The notes below the pieces were generated by a model. It was not told the origin of the DNA and made no database searches. It saw nothing but the letters and a program-made list of their open reading frames with translations. From positions 20,522,001 to 20,586,000 of the forward strand of contig CM120642.1 in the NCBI GenBank assembly GCA_051362555.1: a stretch of DNA of 64,000 bases, written 5' to 3'. Position 1 is the stretch's first letter, and each line of letters starts with the position of its first letter. Source of the stretch: Lingula anatina. Lineage: Eukaryota > Animalia > Brachiopoda. This document shows, piece by piece, positions 50,834-64,000 of this stretch. Position numbers and translations under genes: made by a program.

Positions 50834-51754
50834 TAACAAATATTTTACAAAACAGTCACCTAAAAGCGATATATGTATGATGGGGGAGACCGGGGCTAGT
50901 TGGACCCCGGGGTAAGTTGATCACATCATTTAGTAAAGTGACCGTATCCAATAGTGCTAAGGAAGCGTCGGTCGCAAAAAAGTGTAATTTAGGCAGTTTG
51001 TCCAAGAGAGCGTTCACATCAAGAAGAGCCGAGGTCTAGCAAGGCCTAGACCTAAATATGGCGGACCTACATGAAAGGAAGACCGCATAATCCTTTAATG
51101 GTCCCTCAATGACATTTACCGTGGCGGGGCAAGTTGGCCCCCCTGACGTCAACTACGTTTTTTTGTCAAATTGTGAGCCATCTGGCATCATATTTGAAAA
51201 ATAATGATGGTGCATACGTCGCTTAGTTCATGGGGCTCACTTTGAAACCGGTTTTGTTACTCTAACTCATTCCAAGTTGACTCTAGAAGGCCAAAAGTGT
51301 CTAACTGGGCCAGGCCCGGCCAATTGGCCCCGGTCTCCCCTATGTGTCGGTAACGTATGTGCCATGTGAATAACAGTTATTAAAAACATAGGTAATGTAT
51401 GTATCGATGGATGTTAAACTCTGTATGACAATCTAACAAAGAGGAATTTCCGACGTAAAAACAAACGTGCGTGCATATAATTAAGTTAAAACTTACACTC
51501 AATAACTCCCTATCCTTTAACTCGTTTGATTCCGTTTTAATTATTATCTGCAGTTTGTGAAAGTGTAAGTCATTTACTTTACAACATCAATTTATACGGC
51601 TACTAGTTGCCTTAATATTTTTCCTGTGAACCTACGAAGAGGAACTGTAGTGGCCAACAAGATTTTTAACGCTGATTTTTTTTTTTACTTCTGACTATTT
51701 TGACTGTTATGCTTATTATTTTTCTCTCTCGGCTTTCTCTCTTACATTCGTTAA

Positions 51755-51785
<31 letters not shown>

Positions 51786-54700
51786 GAGAGTATTCTAATT
51801 AAATTTATCCTTGTCGAAATGCTGTCAAAATTTTGATGGTTTGCCAATATTCATTTTCAACAGTTTTTTACCTATATATCATAATTATGACGAAATATCG
51901 CGTGTGATTTTTGCCCAAAAGCCATGACGTCTGCAGCGCATCTCTGAGGCGCGTTTACTAATTATTCTTCACTCGTGGAATGATTGTGTTAGTGCAGACA
52001 ATTTCTTTCTCGACAGATGACAACTGCAAACTTTGATAATATTTTTTTTAATCACCATTAAGATCATTAAGGCCATCAAGATCATCATCGTTACAAATCT
52101 CTGATATAAACATCACTTCCGGCCAGTCATATATTACTTCAAGGAACCTAATTTGCATATAAGAGAAAAAATGCATTTTTTTCTGATTTTGGTTTGTCTC
52201 CAATTTTTTCCATTATTTTCAAAAAGTAATGGCCTCTTTTGCTCACAAATTGGGACACCTTTGATCCACATGCATTGTTTGTAAATAATGTAAAGAAATA
52301 AGTTTAATATCACAGACGTGTATCACGTTTTCACTCCACAGCCATAATACTCAACGATAGCTGCATGGGTATAAAAGTAGGTCAATTGCCTGTATAAAAT
52401 TGCCATACCGTTTTAGGGGGGAGACAGAAGTGGTAGATGTATCAAGATACCAGGAAAATATTTTGGTTGCATAGGGTAACGGAAAGACAGATAATGTTGC
52501 AAATTTTAAAAGAAAAGAGTAAAACTAGCCCAATCTCCAGCTTCACCATGTAGAACTTTATAGATGCCACGGTCCCTCTCTATTTCATCTGTCTCTCCCT
52601 GAAAAATTTCTGACCGCGTTAACTGTTCAGCTCCCGGGAAGCACGAAGCGTCCAGGGTGGTTGCAGACGCTGATGCTCTGCAGACGACGCATTGCATTTA
52701 CACAAGGGGGTAAAGGTTTTCTAGGGATTTTTTTAAATTAAATCAAACTAACGAATTACATAATAAAGGAAAGAAAATTATCTTACTTAAATATATATTG
52801 ACTAAGTGGAATTAAAGACACTGACATTTCTTCTCAAAATTGGCAGAAAAAAAAAAACGCAAAAGGAGATCACCTAACTCCCCTAAGAACCCTTACATGG
52901 CATATCTTATACTTGAACTAGCTTTCAGTTTGTATGGTATCAATAGAAAGGGGGCGTATTGGTGGGGGGGGGGGGGGGGTGAATTCTCATGAGACTGTTC
53001 TTGTTCAAGAAGATATATTTCTTTTTTGATAGTGCTGTACATAGCATATTTTTGGGTTCATGCACGAAGCTTCATTATTCAACCGAAGTCTATGGTATTA
53101 TATACGTTTTATTTTATATTATAAAACATTTTTTTATAAAAGACCTGAATTGAAAACGTAGGCAACGTGGAAGAAGCATTGTATTTGACTACCCCCCCCC
53201 CCCCCCATTCGCGCCCCTCTCTCCTCTCTCTTCTTGTGTGTGTGTAGTGTATGTAAGGCATATATATATATATTTACACACGCACTGAAACCAGTTTTGC
53301 AGTGCCTTTTCTTAGTTGACTTCTTCATATGCACATTAATATTACCGTTGCCAGCTTATTTTCTCAGTAAATCACATTTTATTAGGCCACCTGGAAAGTA
53401 CTGAAGGTTTTAGCGAAGAACATTGCCAACACTGGACACTTGAGCTTCAGTCCGCAGTGGCACAGGTGCGGCATTGGTGAGAGCGATTGTCTCGACTACG
53501 AGATGGGGGCGGTGACTGTTACCAGAGTGGAGCATGAAGGGGAGGAATCACGAAACCCCAGGTGAGGCAGATGATATACTGTGAAATTAAGAAATTAAAC
53601 GTTTTTTGTTGCAAATTTAGAGAACAAAACCCCCTTTTTGTTTTTGCAAATTTAATATAATTTCTGAGTGGTTCATTCTCGCGATTTCTGAAGCAGCACG
53701 CAATTTCGCATACGTCACAGTACCGAAAGGTGCACAGAATGAGCCAGAAGAAATATCTGTGAATTGTAAATATCTAGAGAAAAATCTCTCTGGTCCTTTG
53801 TAGATGGTACCTTCATTTTGCAAATTGGTTTTAGTATGATATTCAGTACTAGGCCTGAGATGTTATTAGTTCTCAACATTTACCTGACATCCAATATCTC
53901 CCTAGCAAATTATTCTAAACTTTGATCAAAGGACTCATACGATTTTCCGTTGATTCTGTGTTCCAGAAGAATATGGAGCAAGCTCATATCATTGGGGTGG
54001 TACTTTTACAATGCTGCACTCAACACCTACGGCAACTCGTGGTCACGGCAGAAGTGCGTGGATTGGTACAAAGCAGACCGAAAGAACGAGGCGTGGCAGT
54101 CCGAACTCCCAGCCTGCCCGTGCACCTTGGACCAAGCTTTGGCGGATTTCGGCCGTTGGCAGGCAGACGTGGCGTGTGACATGAACACCGGGAGCGTGTG
54201 TGCATTCCACGTCGGCGCAATCCACTGTGTGAGATCGGTTCAGGCCACGTAAGCAGGCAGCAGATATCTCAATTCTCTATAGTACCCCATCTGATTAAGC
54301 AAAATTAGAATAATTCGGGACAAAGAAATTTCATGTTATCAAATTTAATGTTGTCAAATAAAACAGTTGTCGTCTACTGTATATGTCTGCTCATCCCACC
54401 TGTAAAGCTTTTTTCATATCTAAAATGTGTGGAATATTTAAGGACTCCTACGGAGCTCACTGATGAAATAATCAAAACTTTTACTAGGAACTATATTAAA
54501 TTCATTACCAAAATGTTTTAAGAGGGGCGTCGGCACAGTATTATATGTGCCTGTGAATTTCTTTCTAGCTCCGCGGGAGCGGGAAACCAGTGCTGTTATA
54601 GAAAGGACGGTATGCTCATGACCACTGTGGACACATTCAACGGCAGCACGCCAGACCGGAGTCATGCCTGGGGGGACAGGCCTTACGGAACACCGCCCAA

Positions 54701-55226
54701 GGTAAGGGCGGTTGTACACAAGCCATTATGAAAAATGCCCAAATCTGCTATCTTTGATTTTGATAAGGCAATTGTTTGTGAACAAGTACTTTTTCTCGTG
54801 TTAACTAGGGTCTTTCTGTTACTGTAGCAAATTATTTCTCTTTTGACATATATTGCACACTTGAACACTTCAATTTGTGACGTATCCTTGCCCATATTTC
54901 ACAAAAAATATGTTCAGGCAGGATTAATGCAAATTGTCTTGGGTGCCATGCAACTTAACAATGACAACTTTAAATGAGGAACCAAGAATCACTTTCCAAA
55001 TTAACATTGGTCCATTCACGACTTCCAGGTGCCCGCCTTGTCTCACTGGATTCATGATGTTGTCCCGTTCTTCTACTGCTGTTTGTGGACGGGTGATAGT
55101 TGCCATTATTACATGGAACAGAGACCCACCTCGGACTGCAAGAACTACAAACCACCCAAACCAGGTTACAATATGAATATAATGCAAAATTAATATAAAT
55201 AGTATAACAAAAACTGCAGTACCAGC

Positions 55227-55294
<68 letters not shown>

Positions 55295-55727
55295 TCCATA
55301 GCTATCCCAATCCAACCAATGTTCTCTCCCATTTTAGCTGTGGCATACGGCGACCCACACCTGATCACACTGGACGGTAGACTGTACACATTTAACGGGA
55401 AGGGGGAGTACTTGTTACTGCGAGACACTAAGCATAACTTCCTACTCCAGGGAAGGTTTAGCCAAACAAGTGAGTAGGCTATTTATTTGTCATGTAGCAC
55501 ATACGCATGGCTTGTTTCCCAAAATGTGTCAAAATTGAAGCAGACCAGTTTTTATTGTTATAAATAATCAAGATTCATATTTTTACATATTTACATCCTA
55601 AGGAAACAAAATCGGGTTTATTTCTTACAATCGGGTATTTCTGCCCCCAGCCTATTACTAAATGTGCACCCACAGCCAAGTAAACCGGGTATCTACAACT
55701 GATATGATCTGCCAAATGACGTTCGGC

Positions 55728-55758
<31 letters not shown>

Positions 55759-58648
55759 CATAAACAGAGATTTTAAACGTTTTAAAACTGTTAAATAAAA
55801 ATGGGATGTTTTTCCCCATAGTTCCAGACGTCAAAGCCACGGTGATAAAATCTATAGCAATGCGGGAGGGGGCGCTGTCCGATATTATAGAAGTCAGAAT
55901 CAATCCCCCAGGAAGCAACTGGAAGAGAGATCTGACCATATTGGTGAACCACGAGGTCAAGCATTTTGAAAGGAAAGGTGAAAGAACGCAGGATTTTAAA
56001 GGTAATATATTACAGTGTAATTATTATAGATAATACAAATATATGAAGTGGAATTATACGATAATGATTTTCATGTTGTTTGCAGCGTGGAGAAATACAA
56101 ACGGCTTTCGGCTATTTTTTTAAAAAATTTCCTGTAATGTCCCCTCTTCCTCTGCAATAAACTCGACTCAGTTTCTCATCCACTTTTAAGAAATGCCGAT
56201 ATGTAATCTTGTCTTATTCCAGGCGGCGTGACGGTCATCAACAACGACCCACGGCGTTCGTCCAACATCACAGTGTACTTTGAGTGTGGCATAGGGGTGC
56301 AGGCAACAGCGCTGGAGGGTCTACTTAACGTGGTTGTCATGGCACCACCATCTGTCAAGGTAACTATGGCAACCCTTGTGGTGATGACAGCCGCCCAGCG
56401 TGCGGTTCAAAAAGATATGAGCAAAAAATGTGTTTTTGGTACTGGATGATTTTTTCATCACTTTTATATTGTCAGTGAAAATATGATTTTGGTGTTGAAT
56501 AAGGTTATTTGATTCTTGGTTGTACTTTAAAGTTTCAGACACAAGGATTATTTGGCAGCTGGGATGACGACGCTAGTAATGATTTAAATGGCACCTCGGC
56601 CGTCCAAATTCACAACTCAAGCGAACAGTGTAAGAAAATGTTTTACTATATGCGATTTCGTTGTACTAGCTGCTTCTCTATTTTCCCTAGTCTGCTTGAA
56701 TTATTTGTGAATTTTGGTTGTTATATTACAATAATAACCATTAGCTAGATTATCAGGGCTGTTAAGTAAGTGAAATTGTTTCATGGTAGTCGCAGCCAGC
56801 CGTACGTCTCCATGTATGCTTCCAGTTTTGCAATTAAGCTAATACGCCTACGTATGAATGACTGTAAATGAATCTTATACTAGTAGATTGATTATTTAGC
56901 AGGTGTACTACCCCTTGCTGCATTTTAAATAAAAACGCTTTTTTATATTTAGGGCGAATTTCAGAAAAATCTTCCCTTTTTACGTACGGACCTCGGAGCT
57001 ACGCGTTCTACCAGGATCTGGCGTTTCAGCCGGCCGCCATCAACTTTACCGCCATTCCCTCCAGGAGACCGGAGGTGGCGACGCTATGCGGCAGTAATCA
57101 ACAGTGTGCCTACGACTACGTTGTCACAGGAGATGAGGCGATTGCAAGAGGGACGCTGGCAGCGGCACGGCAATATGAAATTTTGAAGGAGAGGACAAAA
57201 CCTGGTGAATATTGTTCAACTGTCGCTCAGATTTATTATATCAAGCATGTTATCAGATAATCACTCAACATATAGGCCTATTCTCAGTTTGTTGTAGTAC
57301 AAAATCTCACATAATATTTCCTAATATTTCTTGATCAAAATTATAATTGAACATCGGATTAATTCTTCATATTTGTTTTTTCTTATTTTGAAGAGGCGCA
57401 TTTTATTATCTTTATTCCAGAGTATTTGACTGCTTGGAATCGGATTTTTACGTCTAATTGTTTAAGTGTGTCTGATAAGCATCCAATCTTTCTTTTTTCT
57501 GTGACAGTCCAAGCTTGCGGTATTTTGGACATTGAAAACTCCATCAAATTAGTCGACAATTACCTGCTTGGCGGCAGGGTGACCGTGACGGGCTGCCAGC
57601 CAGGCTATAAATTGTCAGGAAACAATGTCTCCTTCACGTGCAGCTTAAACGGCACCGGGGCGGCGGCGTGGTCCCCACTTCCCACCCTCACCTGCGTCAT
57701 AGAACAAGAAGGTTCGTGGTACTTCACAGATTAAAGTCAGAACTCTTTTAATAGGAGGCCTTTGAAAGAAAATATTAATTTTGCGCATTATGCCTACGGT
57801 AGTAAAATCGTCTCGAGAGCATCGAATTTGAGAAAGAGCGGTAACCACTTTAACAGTTTAGTAAAATCAAAAATCCAAATAGAATTTAAAAAAACAAAAA
57901 ATCAAAATGGCCAAATGCCATCGTGCAAATATCGACAATGTTGCTCACTTTGCTTGTGTCACTTATGAGTATGAATGAAATTAGTAAATTATGACATATT
58001 TCAACAATTTCTCATCATGTTTAAAATAACATACAAAAAACACTTGCGTTGTCTTCTTTCCAGCCAGTAACGAGGCGCAGATTCAGTACGCGCGTACCAC
58101 AGCCACTGTGCTGGCGGTGCTGTTACCGACATTCTTCGTCTTCTTGGTGCTAGGGGCCGGCCTCACCTGGTGGATTCATTCACGGTCACGAGGTGTAACA
58201 AAGTGAGTGTAATAGTACAGAGTCGATACATGATCTTGCATTTCCCATGAAGTGATCATTTGGCTTTTTAAAATAAATAAATAAATAGATAAATAAATAA
58301 CAGATAAACCGCCCATATTAACTCTTCCATAAAAAAAATAACAAATAAATCGCCCATATTAACTCTTTAATAAAAATTAACAGATAAATCGCCCATATTA
58401 ACTCTGCCATAAAATCGCCTATTTCCAGATCTCGCACCCCGGAAGATGAGCTCGCAGGCGGTCGCCAGGAGGGTGACGGCGGAGAGGGCCATGGAATGAC
58501 GGCCTACCATAAAGAAAACCTGTATACCCTAGCCGAGGAAGACGAAAGTTATGTGTTTGTCAATCAAGCAGAGATAGAAACATTAGAAAAGTCAAACCCA
58601 AATTTAAATAAGTCAAAGGAAAGCATTGGCAAGTCAACTCATGTGTGA
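43308..58648 (+). CDS. Mesh / SUSD2 / MUC4-family type I membrane protein (SP-NIDO-IPT/TIG-AMOP-vWD-Sushi-TM)
   Basis: About 20 exons; internal boundaries are approximate. 43308-43383 (signal peptide-like); 45970-46088 (LPFYG), 47549-47769 (VSSNGYLAF...IAPYY), about 48450-48576, 48795-48938 and 49333-49504 (NIDO); about 49704-49955 (G.MFGG..V...GPCF, IPT), 50323-50495 and 53387-53562; about 53967-54248, 54569-54701 and 55029-55163 (LPACPCTLDQALADFGRW, AMOP); about 55339-57204 (AYGDPHLITLDG, vWD); about 57508-57711 (Sushi); about 58063-58203 (TM); about 58429-58648 (tail ending STHV*). Confidence 0.9.
50883..51340. mobile_element. MITE, about 460 bp, in an intron
   Basis: TIR GGGGAGACCGGGGC.AGTTGG / CCAATTGGCCCCGGTCTCCCC, with internal repeats of ggggc/taagttg. 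Confidence 0.75.
58298..58422. repeat. Intronic minisatellite, about 40-bp unit x3
   Basis: aacagataaa(t/c)cgcccatattaactct repeated three times. Confidence 0.8.
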
Positions 58649-61085
58649 CAGTGGAAGTCCAAGCGTCGACAGGTGAAACTCACAAGCTTGATAGTTATTT
58701 GCAAGTTTATACCAAGCATGGGAAACAAATTCACAAGTTCTTTTCACAATACGATATGAATTTGTCCACCATGGGGTTATTTCCAGCGTTTCATTATATG
58801 ACGACTGTGGACTGGCGTGCCTTTTGTAACCTGGTGCTTCACTCCCAATTATGTCACCTTTGAGCAAAGCGCTCATACTGTGCCAAATGCCAGAGGTTTT
58901 TTTTTTTTTAATAAGTAACTCGAAAGCAATTTGCATTTATACTATGTATAGATTATGTTTAAAAATGACGATTACTTGTCGAATTTTGAGCGATGTTAGA
59001 GAACGAGATGCCAATCTTCGTAATGTAACACCATAGAGATTTGCATCTCAGTATTACGACGATGGCAGTCGCTAATCATAGGACAGTGCCATGTAACGTG
59101 TAATTCAAGGGCCGTGACACTGGCCAGCTGCTCGTTAGCCTGCAAGGAATTAATAATACTTGGACCTGGACATTGTTTTGAGACATTACAAACCCCTGGT
59201 AAAGCAAGGGGCAGTGCCTTTTTTTAATAAATAGTAGTACAACAGCCGCTGTAAAGCTGAAATGTGAAAGACGATTTGTTCAGCGTGTAATTTTTTCACT
59301 TTTGGTCGTCTGTTTTAATATTAAATGTTTTATGTCTTATTTCAAATATATTGCTGTACTTTATTTATTGTTGCTGTTGATTTATATGTATAATATTTTG
59401 GTGTGCTCCAATTAAGGAGAGTGGATGTGGAGGGGATCAGCATGAAGTCAACACACACAAACCATGTACTTTTCAAGTATGCTTAAAACTGAACATTTAT
59501 TTTGTATGGTCATACAGTTGTTCCAGCACATTACTGGATCAGGGATGAAGTATTTTTCATTTAAATAGTTAACCCAACAACCTTGATGTCATGTCCACAC
59601 ACCCAGGACACTGTCCAGTCCAACTGGACACTGCTAGGACCTTGACACTACAGCATCAAGTTTGGTGCATTGCTGCACTTTTTTAAAAAATTAAAATATC
59701 ACTCAGCCGCACCTGTAGCTGGCAATAAAATACCCCTAAGAACAGGAGCAAAGTAAACGCGCCAATCTTCAATCTTTTGTTGGCCCTCGATATTTCATCA
59801 ATATGACCTCAAAAAAGAATATTACCTCTTTTTGCCTTTTTTCCGGGATTTTGTCCCTTTTAAAACAATTTTCTCAGGCAAGCAAAGCATCCACAACTAA
59901 ACATGAATTCCGGTATCTGAAAATCAAAGTCCTCGCTTCAGTGTATTTAGTTCGAACTTAGCCGCTACCTCGCAGCCAAACTGCTTCGCAACCCCTCAGC
60001 TCTGCCGAGGGATTTCCTTAATAACCATAACACAATAATCACCACAGAAATAACCTGAACAATCTAACAAATATTCTTATAACAATTTAAGAGTTTCAAC
60101 TATAATAAAAGCAACAATGACAGGTAAACACCTATCTATATATTAATGGCGGTAACTTTACCTACGCCTATCAAACCACACAGGGAAGCCACAGTGGCAC
60201 ATCCAAAACACAAAGCCAAACACAACAAATTTGTTAGAAACTATATAATTAATGACAAAACTTACACACTCCATAATAAAGTACCAAATTACAAAGGTAA
60301 AAATTCAACAACATCGGAAAGAAATTTAAGTACATTGAAAGAACATTCCTCGTCTTTCTCGCCTCAGTCTAGTCCAACTCAGCAACCATATTGCTTCTTC
60401 TACAAATGGATTAACATACTTCAACCAAAGAAAGAAGTTTTTCCTCTAACCACTATGCATCCACCTTTGCCCTTCAAGCAGTTATCATAATCATCAAACA
60501 AAAAGACCACTTCACAGGTATTGTTATCATAAATCAGCAAACCCATAAATCAGACAATGAAACCTTCCACTTTATTGGTCGCCTTAATAAATACTATCTT
60601 CTTAACTAAGAATACTTGATTGCAATAAACTGGCTATCAACCAATACAACAAGAAAAATATAACATTACACTGAAAATCCAAACCTGAACATTGAAATTT
60701 TACTTTTGGTTAATCATTGCTATATGCACAAAACCTAGCTACTAACTAAAGATGCCCAGGTTATTTCTGTGGTGAAAAATACAATACTATTCCTTTTCAA
60801 ATCTTTCTCACTAATGACTCCAAAACCTCCAAGACAAAAACAATGTGGTAAATAGTGGTATTAACTTTTAAATATTGAATATTTTCATTGTAGTGAATTG
60901 CTACACAGTTGATTAGCAGCATCCTAGAAATTTTACACCTTATTATTCATGTGACAAACAAAAGTCACAGAATCCTGTTTTCAATCTTAACCCAAATTTC
61001 TTTCAAATCATTTCCTTATTCTACACACTTTTACCATATCAGTATGTGCCTTGGAGGTTTGCATCCATTTCATCATGTTGAAGTT

Positions 61086-63957
61086 TTATTCATCCTCCGT
61101 CTTGTTTGGTCCAAAGCTCCATCCACTGCTGCCCCCTGGTGCCCAGATACTGCTCAGCGTATTGAATGGATCAAAACTGCCCACATCCTGGAAAACACAC
61201 ATTAGCCCACTGAGAGAAACCCCTAGATTCATATCTGAACCTTTATCAAATAACTCATCAGAAAATCTGACGATATATTGAAACTAGTTAAAATACAGTT
61301 CTTTCAGAATGCTTTTCACAAGGATACTTTGATCAAGGAACATAAATTAACCTTTATAAAAATCTTTTTGATGCTTTTCAAAATAACCTTCTGCTTCATT
61401 TTCCTCAATTGGTTTTTTACCTTCTATTGGACTCATTCAGGAGAATTTGAAAGCAGCCCCCAAATCTCTCCCTGACATGTACACAAACTTGTGTGCATGC
61501 ACGCGCACACGCACAAGGCCAGTTCCTCAACCCCCCTCTACTAACCTGTACCCCTTGTTCATTCTCAGCAGCTGTCGTGTTCACACTGCCGAGTCCTGAC
61601 AGGGGAGAGTTGGCACTGCCACTCAGTAGAGAGGCGCTGCCACTTCCCGCAGGCCCCAGGAGGGAACCACCAGCACCATTCAGAAGAGATGGACTGCCTG
61701 TGTCGCCACTGGTGGCAGCACCACTCCAGATCCCTGGTGCCGAGTGTGGTGACCAGCTGTTGGTGTCAGAGGTGGAGATGGTGGTGGGGATGTCACTCCA
61801 CAAGCTGGCCTGGGAATAGCACAACAAACATAATTGAGATACGTGGAGAACTAGGACCAAAATGTGGTCACTTCACAATTTCTACTTCATTTTAATCAGA
61901 TCTTATTGTAAATTTTTTCATCAACTTCATTATCAACTGACTCAAAAATTCAAAGCAGCTAATCAAAATTTAAGCAAAATCAAAGCACTTGGCCACTGGT
62001 AAAAGAGAAAAGGGTGAGGACAGCTCCCTTGTGTTCATGCACACACACTTACTTGTACCCTGGGTGGCGACTCTGCTACAGTGGGCCAAGTCTCTCCAGC
62101 TGGGGTCTCCGCCAATGGGGACCACGTCTCACTGGGTGCACAGGTACTGTCCCACAGACTCTCCGCCTGGACTGGGTTGATGTCAAAGCCGGGCCAGTCT
62201 TCACCTGGAAAACAGTGCCATCAGTCAGGGTGAACACTCGGTTGTTATTGAGAATTGGTGTTATTGATCTCCAATACTTAGGAGCAGTAACCTTCTTCAA
62301 GAGATTAATGAGATTACAAGACAGTATTAATAACTTGACCGAGTTGTGGATTTATCCCCATAAGAGTTCTCCTTACAGTCACCAGACAACACATGAACAA
62401 TGATGCATACCGTTCAATTCCCCTCATTGCAAGGCTCTTCATTATATCTTAAGTCATCGTATACAAATATCTGATATACCCTTGCCCAGTTTACCACTGG
62501 TAACATACACGCAAACACCTTTTAATGAAGTGAAACCCTGGTCAAAAATGTGTACGTGTGTGTGTGTAGATGTACTGGTATGTGTGTGTGTGTAGATATG
62601 TGTCGATGGTGTGTGTGCGTGTGTTTGTGCATGCATGTGTGTGTGTGCAGATGTGTGTGTCGCTAGTGTGCCTGTGTGTGTGTGCGTGCGTGCGTGCACA
62701 AGCGTGCGTGCATGTGTGGTTACCTTGCAGCAGTTTCTGCTGGTACTCTGCCAGTCTCTGGCGTCTCTCCTGCTGTAACCTCTGCATCATGGTCATGTTC
62801 TCCTGGCCTCCAAACATGGAGCCGCTGGTGGAGGGCGGCTGCAGGAAGCTGGAACCTGCTGAGAAAAACAGTGATTGCAAAAGAATTAAAGCTGGGCTCA
62901 GGCTAGAATAGTGAATGTCAGATCTACCCACAAAAGCAAATATAATATGCATCCCCATTAGGTGATATTCACTATCAGAAATGGAAAGTTTGTAGTCCTC
63001 GGTCATAAAAGGTGTTTGAGTAAAATGGTGCTTGTGATTCTTTACAACTTATGCCCTGATGAGAAAAATCTGGCAAGTTGTGACAATTATTTTTATGGAT
63101 GGGCAGACATGCACAAGACTTATCAGTTATGAGACTACTGCTCAAGTTTGTTTTAGAACAAATTCAGAGCTATCACTCACCATCTCCCAGGCCATAGGTG
63201 TGTGTGGTAGGCTGAGAGAAGCTGTCCACTGGCGACACTTTACTCTGGCTGTTCATGCTGTTCTCATGGATAGATGGCAGCACAAACAAACTGCTGGCTC
63301 TGTAAGGAGAATACCACTGTAAGTTAATACAAGCCGATTCCCAAGATCTGTGACAGCCCTTGTCAAAATCACACCATGAAAACAGCAATAATTTAAATGC
63401 CCTTACATAAATTTCTTAAACTCATAAGACATATATCATATGGTCTAAGTTTTACCCAAAACTTTTTTTTAAACAAGGCACGCTGTAGTAACTTAAACCC
63501 GGGATAAAACCTGGTCCCCTTAATACCAGGCCCCAATTTCACAAAAAAACTTAAAGTCAGTTCCTGGACTTAGTTGACTAAGATTTCCATGAGAGTGCTG
63601 TAACACTGTTCCTGATAGGGTAAGATGTGACCATGTAACCTTAGAAACTGAATTCTTAGCCAGGGTACCTGACTTAAGTTTTTTTTTTTGTGTGTGTGTG
63701 AAACTGATACCAGGATAACCCAGCTAAAACCAGACTAAAACTGGGCTTCAGTGATTTCAAACTCCATTCCTGTGAAATAGGCCATTACCCGAGCTCCTGT
63801 CCAGTGCCCATACTGGGGCTCCATGGGGACACTCTGCTGGTCAAGGTGGTACTGGGACTGGTCATCTGGGGCAGGCTGGGGTTCTGCTGACCACCCACTG
63901 CACTGACTGCCTTGCCAGGTATCAGTCCAGCTGCAGCAGCTTTGCTTGCCATGATGG
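61086..63957 (-). CDS. 3' five to six exons of a gene entering from the right edge; low-complexity Ser/Pro/Trp-rich C-terminus, tentatively TMEM131-like
   Basis: In-frame GT-AG exons at about 63957-63788, 63299-63181, 62858-62724 (MMQRLQQERRQRLAEYQQK), 62204-62053 (GEDWPGFD...SLWD), 61809-61546 and 61187-61086 (FDPFNTLSSIWAP...*). The family guess rests only on resemblance of the Trp-spaced tail. A long AT-rich 3'UTR runs toward about 59500. Confidence 0.6.
63527..63714. mobile_element. Short MITE-like element in an intron
   Basis: Imperfect inverted ends (tttcacaaaaaaacttaaagtcag / ctgacttaagttttt...gtgaaa). Confidence 0.45.
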
Positions 63958-64000
63958 CTGGAAAGTGGGAGAAAAATATGAAATTATTCAATTTTCACAT

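Noticed and set aside
60146-60490. 114-aa plus-strand ORF
   Set aside because: It lies antisense to an AT-rich 3'UTR, is compositionally biased and has no motifs.
62454-62911. His/Thr- or Cys/Val-rich ORFs here and at 12633-13110, 24234-24473 and 40975-41392
   Set aside because: They are translations of (CA)n/(GA)n microsatellites, partly overlapping real exons.

Overview
AT-rich, intron-containing animal (invertebrate-like) genomic DNA, not prokaryotic. Exon structures below were assembled by hand from GT-AG sites and reading-frame continuity. The left half holds two tandem minus-strand paralogues of a cGAS-like receptor (cGLR, Mab-21 nucleotidyltransferase family). Both keep the GS...E-x-D...D catalytic motif and both are fused, through their last exon, to a C-terminal four-transmembrane module with a conserved Cys-rich tail. 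This sensor-plus-membrane-module architecture is the most striking feature of the window. Copy 2 (20473-24191, about 824 aa) looks intact. Copy 1 (3892-13105, about 734 aa) has a 3.3-kb CMC/EnSpm-type DNA transposon inserted in a coding exon, and that element carries nested Penelope (GIY-YIG plus hammerhead-like motif) and RTE fragments. An Academ-type element lies between the two copies. To the right are a secreted CTLD-(cbEGF)19-CTLD protein with a Pro/Arg-rich tail, a decayed Tc1 element, a complete Mesh/SUSD2-like gene (NIDO-IPT-AMOP-vWD-Sushi-TM), and the 3' end of a convergent gene, possibly TMEM131-like. Several MITEs and mini/microsatellites are scattered throughout.
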